This document shows positions 26,972 to 35,161 of a stretch of 64,000 nt of DNA, in pieces. Every line of letters begins with the position of its first letter. The stretch's first letter is position 1. Where the stretch lies: positions 9,807-73,806 of the forward strand of contig JACPGE010000060.1 in NCBI GenBank assembly GCA_016182605.1, given 5' to 3'. The notes beneath the pieces were generated by a model, which did not search any database, had not been told where the DNA came from, and worked only from the letters and a program-made list of their open reading frames with translations. This DNA is from Candidatus Hydrogenedentota bacterium (GTDB lineage: Bacteria > Hydrogenedentota > Hydrogenedentia > Hydrogenedentales > JAEUWI01). Position numbers and translations under genes: made by a program.

Positions 26972-27636
26972 TGTACACAACGTTTCCCGGCCATCTCGCA
27001 CGGCTGCTGCCTGGTCTCTCGCTTTGCGCGGCTTCCCTCATCGCCGCGCCCGCATGGGGCGACTCCCTCTTCAACCAGGAAGCCTCCAAAGGCGGCACCC
27101 TGGTCAGTCAAAAAGTCTCCCGCTTCGAGGTCGGCGACATCATCACCGTCATGGTGCGCGAATCCCTCAACGCGGACACCTCCGCAGAGACCAACACAGA
27201 CAAGAAAAACAAGATCGACATGCAGGCGCCCATCGCGGCGAACCCGCTGCTCGTGGGCAATCCCCCCGAGGGTCCCGGCATCTTCAACCCCGGCGAACTG
27301 CCCAACGTGGACATTGAAACCAAGAACAAGGCCCAGAACACGGGCAGCACCAGCCGGAAAAACACCCTGACCACCAGCATCTCCTGCTTCGTAACGCAAA
27401 TCTTCCCCAATGGCAACGTGGAACTCCGGGGCGAGAAACGCGTCACCGTCAACCGCGACGACTCCATCATCGAGATCGTCGGCATCGTCCGCTCCAAAGA
27501 CGTGACCCCCGAAAACACCGTTCTGTCGAGCCAGGTCGCCAACGCGCAAGTGATGGTCAAGGGCAAGGGCCCCCTGTGGAACAATCAGCGGCGCGGCCTG
27601 CTGACCAAGTTCCTCGACTGGTTCTCACCGTTCTAA
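26968..27636 (+). CDS. flgH: Flagellar L-ring protein FlgH
   Basis: Signal/lipoprotein-like N-terminus followed by SLFNQEASKGGTLVSQKVSRFEVGDIITVMVRESLNA...NVELRGEKRVTVNRDDSIIEIVGIVRSKDVTPENTVLSSQVANAQV. Collinear with FlgH. Confidence 0.85.
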   Translation: MMYTTFPGHLARLLPGLSLCAASLIAAPAWGDSLFNQEASKGGTLVSQKVSRFEVGDIITVMVRESLNADTSAETNTDKKNKIDMQAPIAANPLLVGNPPEGPGIFNPGELPNVDIETKNKAQNTGSTSRKNTLTTSISCFVTQIFPNGNVELRGEKRVTVNRDDSIIEIVGIVRSKDVTPENTVLSSQVANAQVMVKGKGPLWNNQRRGLLTKFLDWFSPF

Positions 27637-27649
27637 ATGGGATACGCGC

Positions 27650-28753
27650 ATGAGTAACAACAATCTTCGATGCTGGCTCGTCGCCCTGCTCCTGTGGATC
27701 GCGTCCGCGGCAGGCGCAGAGCGCATAGGCGATATCTGCGAGGTGCAAGGCGCACGCGACAACATGCTCAAAGGCATCGGCATCGTCGTCGGCCTGGCGG
27801 GCACGGGCGACAACACCGCCGAGTCCATTGCCGCACAGCGCAACGTCCTGGAGCGCCTGGGCATCACCGTGGAAAGTCTCGGCGGCCTCTCGTCGGACAA
27901 CGCCGCAATGGTGCTCGTAACCGCAACGATTCCCGCCTTCGCAAAAGAGGGCACCCGTCTCGACGTAAAAGTCGATTCTATCTTCGACGCCGAAAGTCTC
28001 GAAGGCGGACAGCTCATGGAAACCCACCTCCGGGGACCCGGGCTGGGCGACACCGTCTACGCGGTCGCACAGGGCCCCGTATCCGTCGGAGGCTTCAACG
28101 CAGACGCGGGCGGCGGTACCAAAGCACGCAAGAACCACGTCACCGCAGGGCTCGTCCCGGGCGGTGGCATCGTGGAAGAAGAAGTGCCCTCGCGCGTTAC
28201 CGACGGCAGCCGCATCACTCTGCTCCTCAAGCATCCCGGTTTCGAGGCCGCCGCAGCCATTCAAAAAGCCATCAACGAAAAGGCCGGCGAAGGCGCTGCC
28301 TTTGCCATGGGTGGCGGCGCGGTGCAAGTGGCCATTCCCGAAGGCGAACGCACCGACCTTGTCGCCTTCGTCAATCAGGTCAAGGCCGTGGAAGTCTCCA
28401 CGCCCATTCCGGCCCGCGTGGTCTTGAATGAACGCACCGGCACGATCGTGGTCGGCGGCGATGTCATGATCAAGCCCTGCCAGGTCGCGCACGGCACCCT
28501 GACCATCAAAATTTCCAGCACGCCCCAGGTCACCCCCGCACTCCCCTTCACCGATGCCGAACCCGTCGTAACGGAAACCCAGACCGTAGAAGTGGAGGAG
28601 CCCGAAGCCTACCTCATGCCCGTGGAGGGCACCTCCGCAGGCTCCGTGGCCCAGGCACTCAACGCATTGCGCGTCACCCCCCGCGACATGATCTCCATCT
28701 TTCAAGCCATAGACAAGGCCGGCGCGCTCACCGCGGAATTGGTGATCATGTAA
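27650..28753 (+). CDS. flgI: Flagellar P-ring protein FlgI
   Basis: Signal peptide, then RIGDICEVQGARDNMLKGIGIVVGLAGTGD...DVKVDSIFDAESLEGGQLMETHLRGP...VVLNERTGTIVVGGDVMIKPCQVAHGTLTI. Canonical FlgI. Confidence 0.9.
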   Translation: MSNNNLRCWLVALLLWIASAAGAERIGDICEVQGARDNMLKGIGIVVGLAGTGDNTAESIAAQRNVLERLGITVESLGGLSSDNAAMVLVTATIPAFAKEGTRLDVKVDSIFDAESLEGGQLMETHLRGPGLGDTVYAVAQGPVSVGGFNADAGGGTKARKNHVTAGLVPGGGIVEEEVPSRVTDGSRITLLLKHPGFEAAAAIQKAINEKAGEGAAFAMGGGAVQVAIPEGERTDLVAFVNQVKAVEVSTPIPARVVLNERTGTIVVGGDVMIKPCQVAHGTLTIKISSTPQVTPALPFTDAEPVVTETQTVEVEEPEAYLMPVEGTSAGSVAQALNALRVTPRDMISIFQAIDKAGALTAELVIM

Positions 28754-29310
28754 TGCTGTACGTTAACCCCGCATACAACCGCTCTTTCGATCAGGCCAGC
28801 CTGCAAGGCAAGAAACCGAGCGAAGAGACAAAGGCCCTGCGCGAATTCGAACGCATCTTCGCCTACCAGTTTATCAAAGAACTCCGGAAATCCGTCCCCG
28901 AAAGCCCCCTCTTCGGCAGCAGCACCGCCACCGAGTATTTCAACGACATGCTCGACGATCTCTGGGCCGGAGAAATGGCGAAGTCCGGGCAACTCGGCAT
29001 CGCGCGCGATATCCAAAGCCAATGGCGCGCCCAGGAAGCGGGCAAGAAGGGGCTGGCCAGCGCGCAGCATCGCGGCGGCATCTCACTGCTACCCGCGCCC
29101 GCGGGGCTGGGCATCCCCCTGAAACCACCCGCCACTGGCATACCGTTGCATGCCGGCTCACCGTCCGATCCAGCCTCCGCAAACACCGGTGGAATCCCCT
29201 TACCCTCAACCGCGAATCCAGCCTGGTTCAAGTTGCATGACGCAACTGCCGATAATCCGTACACAGCGGGTTCCGGTACCCGGGCGGCGCAGCAGGAGAA
29301 CGTACCATGA
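28753..29310 (+). CDS. Flagellar rod-binding protein (FlgJ N-terminal/Rod_binding domain, no peptidoglycan hydrolase domain)
   Basis: ALREFERIFAYQFIKELRKSVPESPLFGSSTATEYFNDMLDDLWAGEMAKSGQLGIA matches the Rod_binding domain consensus. Pro/Gly-rich C-terminal tail. Confidence 0.7.
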   Translation: MLYVNPAYNRSFDQASLQGKKPSEETKALREFERIFAYQFIKELRKSVPESPLFGSSTATEYFNDMLDDLWAGEMAKSGQLGIARDIQSQWRAQEAGKKGLASAQHRGGISLLPAPAGLGIPLKPPATGIPLHAGSPSDPASANTGGIPLPSTANPAWFKLHDATADNPYTAGSGTRAAQQENVP

Positions 29311-29675
29311 GTCTTTTACAGGGTATTGGCGCGGCATCAGGGCTGCTCCAGGGAGCCGCTTCCTTGATGCAGACGCTCCGGCCCCAGCCCAAACCGGCGG
29401 AGTCCTTTGAGAATGTGCTGCGCAATCAATTGAATCCCGCGCAGCAACGCCTCAAAGCCCTCGAACACCTCGAAGCAAGCACCCGGAACTTCATTCAAGA
29501 CAGGGACCTCAATCAGGACGGCCAATTGCGCCTGGACGAGAGCGGTCTCGACAAGGAAGCCTTTACCCGGCTCGACACGAATCAGGATGGCCTCTTGAGC
29601 CCCGATGAATTGACGGCTCCAGCCCGGGCAGCGCTTGCGCGGCGCTTTGAGGCAGCGGAAACCCAAACACCATAA
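29307..29675 (+). CDS. Small EF-hand pair protein (two canonical Ca-binding loops) inside the flagellar operon
   Basis: DLNQDGQLRLDE and DTNQDGLLSPDE both fit the 12-residue EF-hand loop D-x-[DN]-x-D-G-x-[ILV]-x-x-x-E. 122 aa. Overlaps neighbouring genes by 4 bp, consistent with an operon. Confidence 0.55.
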   Translation: MSLLQGIGAASGLLQGAASLMQTLRPQPKPAESFENVLRNQLNPAQQRLKALEHLEASTRNFIQDRDLNQDGQLRLDESGLDKEAFTRLDTNQDGLLSPDELTAPARAALARRFEAAETQTP

Positions 29676-29686
29676 AGCAGGCACCC

Positions 29687-30244
29687 ATGAACCCTATGCC
29701 ACAAGAAGCGAATACAGCCGGATCGCTCCTCACCCCAATGGATCTGCTGCTGGAAGCGCTCTGCGATCATTTTGACGACGAACTCGAACGCCAGCAAACC
29801 ATTCTCGAAGTCTGCCGCGCACAAGGGCATGCAGCCCGCGCACACAATCGGGCCGCCCTGGAAGACCGGGCAGTTGCCCTCGCGCTACTTATTCAAGAGG
29901 CCACCCTCGCGGAAAAACGCCGCCTCGAACTGCTCCGTCAACTGGTGGACGCATTGAACTTGCCGCTGGAACGCCAGACATTAAGCGGGCTCATCGCCGC
30001 CATCGATCATCCCTGGAAGCTGCGCATGCAGGAGTTTCAGCTGCAGATGCGCGGCACCCTCGCCGCCACAAAAGAAATCGTCCGCGAAAACAACCTCGTG
30101 CTGCGGCGCTCGTTGCGCATCGTGAACCAGGCCCTCAGCCGGGTCGCGCCCGCCTGGGCCGGCGAACAGCACTACACGCATTCCGGCGCCGCAAACGCCC
30201 GCACCGGTGTGGCCCTCCCCGGCCGCATCAATCAACAGGGATGA
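29687..30244 (+). CDS. FlgN-like flagellar export chaperone (putative)
   Basis: 185-aa helical protein immediately upstream of flgL. Coiled-coil-like ...LEALCDHFDDELERQQTILEVCRAQG...EFQLQMRGTLAATKEIVRENNLVLRRSL. Assigned by position and composition only. Confidence 0.4.
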   Translation: MNPMPQEANTAGSLLTPMDLLLEALCDHFDDELERQQTILEVCRAQGHAARAHNRAALEDRAVALALLIQEATLAEKRRLELLRQLVDALNLPLERQTLSGLIAAIDHPWKLRMQEFQLQMRGTLAATKEIVRENNLVLRRSLRIVNQALSRVAPAWAGEQHYTHSGAANARTGVALPGRINQQG

Positions 30245-30247
30245 ACG

Positions 30248-31171
30248 ATGGGCGCATTTCGCATCACGCAGCGGCTCATGATTGACCGCACCCTCTTCAA
30301 CCTCGGCAATCAGGAACGCAAGCTTCTCGATCTCCAGGAACAGCTCGCCACCGGATTGAGCGTGAACCGCCCCTCGGACGACCCGCTCGCCGTGCGGCGC
30401 GCCCTGAACGGACGGACCGAGATCTCCAAGACCGAACAGTTCCTGACCAACATCTCCACCATCACCCCCACATTGCGCGAAACGGAAACCTCCACCCTGA
30501 CCACCGTGAACATTATTCAACGCGCCAACGAATTGACCTTGCAGGGCATCAACGATACCAACGGACAGGATCAGCGCGACGCCATCGCGCTCGAAATCGA
30601 TGCCCTGCTGGAAAGCCTTTTCAACGAGGGCAATCACATCACCGACGAACGCTACATCTTCGGCGGCACACGCACCACGGCCGCCCCCTTCGCCGCCACC
30701 CGGAACGTGGATGGGGAGATCTCCGCCGTTGCCTACGAAGGCAATGATCAACGGATAGAGATTGAAGTCCAGGAAGACGTGCGCGCCCAGATCAACGCCA
30801 CCGGCGAAGAGGTCTTCACCTCCACCTCGCCCACGAGTGTCAACCTCTTCGATACGCTTATCGGCATCCGCGACGAACTGCGCGCCGGGAACACCGGCGC
30901 GCTCGACGCCCGCCTCGCCGAACTGGACCGCGGCCAGTCCCAGGTGCTGGTGGCCACCGCACGGGTTGGCGCCATCGAGAACCGGATCGAACGCATTCAG
31001 GCCAGCCACGAGCAACTCATTGTCCAGTTCCAAACCGTGGTCTCCGACAATATCGACGCCGATTTCGGCGAAGTCATCGTCGAATTGAACGCGCAATCGA
31101 ACGCCTTCCAGGCCTCGCTGGATGCCGCCGCCCGCGTTATTCAACCCAGCCTCCTGACCTTCCTCTCATAA
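30248..31171 (+). CDS. flgL: Flagellar hook-associated protein 3 FlgL (flagellin N/C-terminal helical domains)
   Basis: LATGLSVNRPSDDPLAVRRAL (flagellin-N motif G.RV..PSDDP) and ERYIFGGTRTTAAPF (FlgL GRYIFAG motif). 307 aa. Confidence 0.8.
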   Translation: MGAFRITQRLMIDRTLFNLGNQERKLLDLQEQLATGLSVNRPSDDPLAVRRALNGRTEISKTEQFLTNISTITPTLRETETSTLTTVNIIQRANELTLQGINDTNGQDQRDAIALEIDALLESLFNEGNHITDERYIFGGTRTTAAPFAATRNVDGEISAVAYEGNDQRIEIEVQEDVRAQINATGEEVFTSTSPTSVNLFDTLIGIRDELRAGNTGALDARLAELDRGQSQVLVATARVGAIENRIERIQASHEQLIVQFQTVVSDNIDADFGEVIVELNAQSNAFQASLDAAARVIQPSLLTFLS

Positions 31172-31308
31172 ACGCTTCGGGCGCCGCTTTCTTTTTTTCT
31201 CCCGGGGAAATGCTATACTCCCTGCACCGTCCCGGGCGCGGCATTGGGGCCGGCAACGCGTTCCCCCCGCCGCCCAAACGAATCCTGTCGTGAAAAAAGG
31301 AGAAGATT

Positions 31309-31824
31309 GTGCAGCAGTTTGCCATTCTTATAATTCTCGCCGGCCTGGCCGGCTGTGCCACCTCCGGCGATGTCAGCGTGATGGACAAGGTCCTCACCGA
31401 CTTCGGATTGCAGGAAGCCCCGGAAGGTTATATACAGGGCAGCGACCGCGTCTTCGAAGAACTCGACAAGGTCGGGCAATCGGAAATGAAACGCCTCAAC
31501 GGCGACGGCCGGCACGGCGAGGTGAAGTTTCAGCAAGACGGCCTGCGCGGGCTCTACTTCAAAGAAGTCAAAGTCTACACGAATTACTTCCCGCTGGACG
31601 CCCGCGCCGTATCAAAGGCCGGCGCCGACAAGGATCGGGGCTATCAGGGCTACGTCGAGTATGAGTACCGCTACTACGAAAGCGAACGCACCCAGAACCG
31701 CGCCGAAGCCGAGGCTGCCACCGCCTCTATCGGCACCGATCGTGGCGGCCGCGAGTCCTACCGCTATCACTTCACCTCCAGCGGCGTCTGGAACGGCAAC
31801 GAAGGCGAACGCACCAAAAATTGA
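31309..31824 (+). CDS. Lipoprotein of unknown function
   Basis: GTG start after RBS AAAAAGGAGAAG. Signal peptide with lipobox ILAGLAGC. Tyr/Glu-rich mature part. Confidence 0.55.
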   Translation: MQQFAILIILAGLAGCATSGDVSVMDKVLTDFGLQEAPEGYIQGSDRVFEELDKVGQSEMKRLNGDGRHGEVKFQQDGLRGLYFKEVKVYTNYFPLDARAVSKAGADKDRGYQGYVEYEYRYYESERTQNRAEAEAATASIGTDRGGRESYRYHFTSSGVWNGNEGERTKN

Positions 31825-31853
31825 GCGCCTCGGCGCCCAGGGAGAGCACAGGC

Positions 31854-32870
31854 ATGACCATGAACCGGCAGATTACCCTCGCGGCACGCCCCGTCGGCGC
31901 CATTAAGGAATCCGATTTCGCGTATCGCGAAGCCCCCATGCCCGCCGTGAACGGCGGCGAGGTGCTGGTCCGCAACCTCTACCTCTCGCTAGACCCCGCC
32001 ATGCGCGGCTGGATGACCGAGAACCGGGATTCCTACATCCCGCCCGTCGAACTGGGCGAGGTCATGCGCGGGCTCACCGTGGGCGAAGTCGTCGAATCCA
32101 AGAACCCCGCCTACGCCCCGGGAGACAAAGTGACCGGCCGTGGCGGCTGGCAAGACTACTATGTCTTCAACAGCCAGGATCTCGCCATGAAGATCCCCGA
32201 TGGCGTGCCAATCCCCGTCACCGCCTTCGTCAGCGTGCTCGGCATGACCGGACTCACCGCCTACTTCGGCCTTCTCGATGTCGCCGCGCCTAAGCCCGGT
32301 GAAACCGTCGTCGTCTCTACGGCCGCGGGCGCCGTCGGCTCAATCGTCGGGCAAATCGCAAAGATTCACGGCTGCCGCGTCGTGGGCATCGCAGGCTCCG
32401 CCGAAAAATGCCGCTGGGTGACCGAAGATCTGGGCTTCGACGCCTGCATCAACTATAAAACCGAAAACGTGGCGGAAAAACTCCGGGAATATTGCCCGAA
32501 GAAGATCGATGTCTACTTCGACAACGTGGGCGGCGCCATCCTGAACGACGTGCTCGGCTGCATCAACGTCGGCGCGCGCATCAGCATCTGCGGCGCCATC
32601 ACCCAATACAACGCCACCGAACTCGCACCGGGACCCGCCAACTACCTCTCCTTGCTCACCAAGCGATCCAGAATGCAGGGGTTCATCGTGCTCGATTACG
32701 CCCCGCGATTCATGGAAGGCGTCATGCAACTAAGCCAGTGGCTGCTCGAAGGCAAGCTCAAATATAAAGTCGACGTGGTTACGGGCCTCGAAAACGCGCC
32801 GAAGGCGATTGGCAAACTCTTCGATGGAAGCAACCAGGGAAAACTTCTCATCCAAATCGCCAACGGGTGA
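31854..32870 (+). CDS. NADP-dependent oxidoreductase, MDR superfamily (YncB/CurA/prostaglandin reductase-like)
   Basis: GETVVVSTAAGAVGSIVGQIAKIHGCRVVGIAGSAEKCRW nucleotide-binding motif. N-terminal ...GGEVLVRNLYLSLDPAMRGWM is typical of this subfamily. Confidence 0.8.
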   Translation: MTMNRQITLAARPVGAIKESDFAYREAPMPAVNGGEVLVRNLYLSLDPAMRGWMTENRDSYIPPVELGEVMRGLTVGEVVESKNPAYAPGDKVTGRGGWQDYYVFNSQDLAMKIPDGVPIPVTAFVSVLGMTGLTAYFGLLDVAAPKPGETVVVSTAAGAVGSIVGQIAKIHGCRVVGIAGSAEKCRWVTEDLGFDACINYKTENVAEKLREYCPKKIDVYFDNVGGAILNDVLGCINVGARISICGAITQYNATELAPGPANYLSLLTKRSRMQGFIVLDYAPRFMEGVMQLSQWLLEGKLKYKVDVVTGLENAPKAIGKLFDGSNQGKLLIQIANG

Positions 32871-32904
32871 TCCGGGTTCGCCAGGCGAAAATTCCACCGG
32901 TGCG

Positions 32905-33537
32905 GTGACGCGGCTCTTCCGCTGGATAGAGTTCATTGCGCTCTTCGTGATGCTGCCGTGGCTCTACGTGCGCGATTGGCTGCCAGTTCCCATGATCCCC
33001 CTGCTGCTGTGCATTGCGGCAGTCTTGTTCGTGGCACTCTTGCGGGACAAGTCCTTTCCACGCGAGCGCCTCATGAACCTGGCCCCGTTGATCGCCCACG
33101 GACCGGGCATCGTGGCGCTCTTCCTGGCCTCCTCCGCAACGATCGGCGCCCTCGTCTGGCAATACGCGCCCGATACCCTCTTCAACTTCGTGCGCCAGCG
33201 CCCCGGCATGTGGCTCTTCGTCATGGTCTTCTATCCCGTCTTCTCCGTCTACCCCCAGGAACTCATCTACCGCACCTGGTTCTTCCACCGTTACCGCCCA
33301 ATCCTGCCGCGTGACCAGCAACTCATTTGGACCAGCGCCCTGGCCTTCGGCTACATGCACATCGTCTTCCAGAACTGGATCGCCGTGCTCCTCTGCGTGC
33401 CCGGTGGCTACCTCTTCGCACGCACCTACGCCCGCACCCACTCCACCGCAACCGTATGCTTCGAGCATGCCCTCTACGGATGCTTCATCTTCACCATCGG
33501 CCTCGGCATGTACTTCTATGGCGGCGCGGTGAGATAG
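32905..33537 (+). CDS. CPBP family intramembrane metalloprotease (CAAX protease/Abi-like)
   Basis: Motif 1 YPQELIYRTWFF (E-E-x-x-x-R). Motif 2 FGYMHI. Motif 3 ...ALYGCFIF. Multi-TM. Start chosen as GTG 32905 or ATG ~32950 (uncertain). Confidence 0.65.
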   Translation: MTRLFRWIEFIALFVMLPWLYVRDWLPVPMIPLLLCIAAVLFVALLRDKSFPRERLMNLAPLIAHGPGIVALFLASSATIGALVWQYAPDTLFNFVRQRPGMWLFVMVFYPVFSVYPQELIYRTWFFHRYRPILPRDQQLIWTSALAFGYMHIVFQNWIAVLLCVPGGYLFARTYARTHSTATVCFEHALYGCFIFTIGLGMYFYGGAVR

Positions 33538-33591
33538 CGGGGGATTCGACATGGAAGCAGGCTTGACGCAACGGAAATTCAGACCCTATAC

Positions 33592-34779
33592 TTGGCTTGG
33601 GATCTAAGAAATCAAAAAGCCAACTCTTGGATAGAGGTGAAAGCCGCCGTGCCGCAGACTAAGATTGTATCCGGCGCCGTTCACGGCCTTCGAAGATTCG
33701 GAAGCTTTTGGAAGGCATGTGCCGCACTCTTGCTGGGATCCGTGCTGGCCTTGCTCCTTGTCCTCGCGATCGACTTCGCATGCGGATTCATCTATCAGCG
33801 CAAACCGCCCGTTTTCGCTGAAAAGTCGGTTTCCGGAAGGCCGGTGAGTCTGCCAGACGGCAATCTGGGCTTCCACCTGGTTCCCAACGCGTCTGAACTC
33901 GTGAATCGGACTGCCGGCGCTCAAACCATATACAGCGTTACCTACACGACGGACGCCTGTGGCCGGCGCGTCGTGCCAGCGGCGGCGCATGGCGGCCAAA
34001 GCCAATTCCTGATCTTTTTCGGCTGCTCGTTTACATTTGGGGCTGGGCTGGGAGACAACGATACGCTCCCCAATCAAGTTGCGGCGCTTGCACCGGACTA
34101 CCATGTCTATAACTATGCGTGCGGCGGCTACGGCCCCGCTCAGATGCTCGCCATACTGGAATCTGGCGTCCTCCCCAAAGAGATTCAGGAACCGGCTGGA
34201 ATCGCAGTATATGTACTGCGCCCGGGTCACGTAGCGCGGGTGGTCGGTTCCATGCGGACGACGGCATCGTGGGCACGGCATTTCCCCTATTACGCCATCG
34301 AGGACGATGGCGCCCTGTCGCGGCGGGGAAATTTCGATGAGGACCGCCGGTTTACGAATTGGTATTACAACCTGGCGGGTAAAAGCGGCATCTTGAATTT
34401 GCTCTCCCTCGACTTGCCGCTTTGGTATCGCGAATCCCATTACGCACTCACAGCGCGAGTTCTCATTGAGTCGCGGGACCTCTTCTTGAAGTCATTCAAG
34501 GACGGAAAATTTTATGTCGTTTTTTATCCCGCATGGGACGACTACCGGCTCGTGTATACGCGCATTCTTCCGTATCTCGAAAAAGCAGGCGTCACGGTCT
34601 TGAACTATAACCAGTTGCTCGAGCCAGAACACGACGCCTATTTTCTGCATCCCGTGTATGACCGGCACCCCTCCGCAGTTGCCCATAAACAAGTCGCCGC
34701 GCAACTCGCTCAAGACCTTGACGTGATTCCCCCGCAACAAAGCGAATCGAACGGGTCCGTGACGCCAGACAGCCCGTGA
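33592..34779 (+). CDS. Membrane-anchored SGNH/GDSL-like hydrolase or acyltransferase-accessory-like protein
   Basis: N-terminal TM helix ACAALLLGSVLALLLVLAI. Motif QFLIFFGCSFTFGAG resembles the GDS(L) block. 395 aa. GC lower than the neighbouring genes. Confidence 0.45.
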   Translation: MAWDLRNQKANSWIEVKAAVPQTKIVSGAVHGLRRFGSFWKACAALLLGSVLALLLVLAIDFACGFIYQRKPPVFAEKSVSGRPVSLPDGNLGFHLVPNASELVNRTAGAQTIYSVTYTTDACGRRVVPAAAHGGQSQFLIFFGCSFTFGAGLGDNDTLPNQVAALAPDYHVYNYACGGYGPAQMLAILESGVLPKEIQEPAGIAVYVLRPGHVARVVGSMRTTASWARHFPYYAIEDDGALSRRGNFDEDRRFTNWYYNLAGKSGILNLLSLDLPLWYRESHYALTARVLIESRDLFLKSFKDGKFYVVFYPAWDDYRLVYTRILPYLEKAGVTVLNYNQLLEPEHDAYFLHPVYDRHPSAVAHKQVAAQLAQDLDVIPPQQSESNGSVTPDSP

Positions 34780-34822
34780 TTTAACCTGCCCGCCGAACGC
34801 CAGCACCATCCTCACGCCGAGT
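34770..34822. repeat. Partial copy of the 50-bp repeat core (family 'cagcccgtgatttaacctgcccggtgaacgccagcaccatcgtcacgctga')
   Basis: cagcccgtgatttaacctgcccgccgaacgccagcaccatcctcacgccgag. Same orientation and ~90% identity to 55030..55082. Confidence 0.7.
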
Positions 34823-34857
34823 GCTTGGGCGATACCGCGATCTCGCCGCCAACATCC

Positions 34858-34960
34858 CCGGATCATCTCCGCCTGACGCACTTCCTGGCGCCCGGAATCG
34901 GCCCAGAAGGGTATTCGTGCGGATAGATAAAGCGCCGGATACTGGGATGGAAGCGCCGCC
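34858..34960 (-). pseudogene. Decayed duplicate of the 3' terminus of pncB
   Basis: About 85% nucleotide identity to 37305..37408 (the 3' end of pncB). The minus-strand translation ...YPALYLSARIPFWADSGRQEVRQAEMIRG parallels the PncB C-terminus ...YPHEYPSGLDSGLHEARQAEMIRMKRGK but lacks the stop codon. Confidence 0.7.
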
Positions 34961-35161
34961 GAATGCATAACCCATTGGGGTGAGAACTTGGGGATCGGAA
35001 GTGAAATGCGTGTTCATGTCCGCAATAATCTTCAGGCGTCGTTCACACGTGCGTCGATCAGGAAGGCGGGCCGCGCAATAGTTGATGAATCCCCCGCCAA
35101 TCTGCTATTTTTTGGAAAAGTCCCCTCTAAAAACGCTCTGTATAAAAAAGGATTGGCTGTT

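Noticed and set aside
25982-28705. Long minus-strand ORFs (25982..27001, 27557..28705)
   Set aside because: Antisense to flgA/flgH/flgI, which are canonical. Gly/Asp/His-rich repetitive translations.
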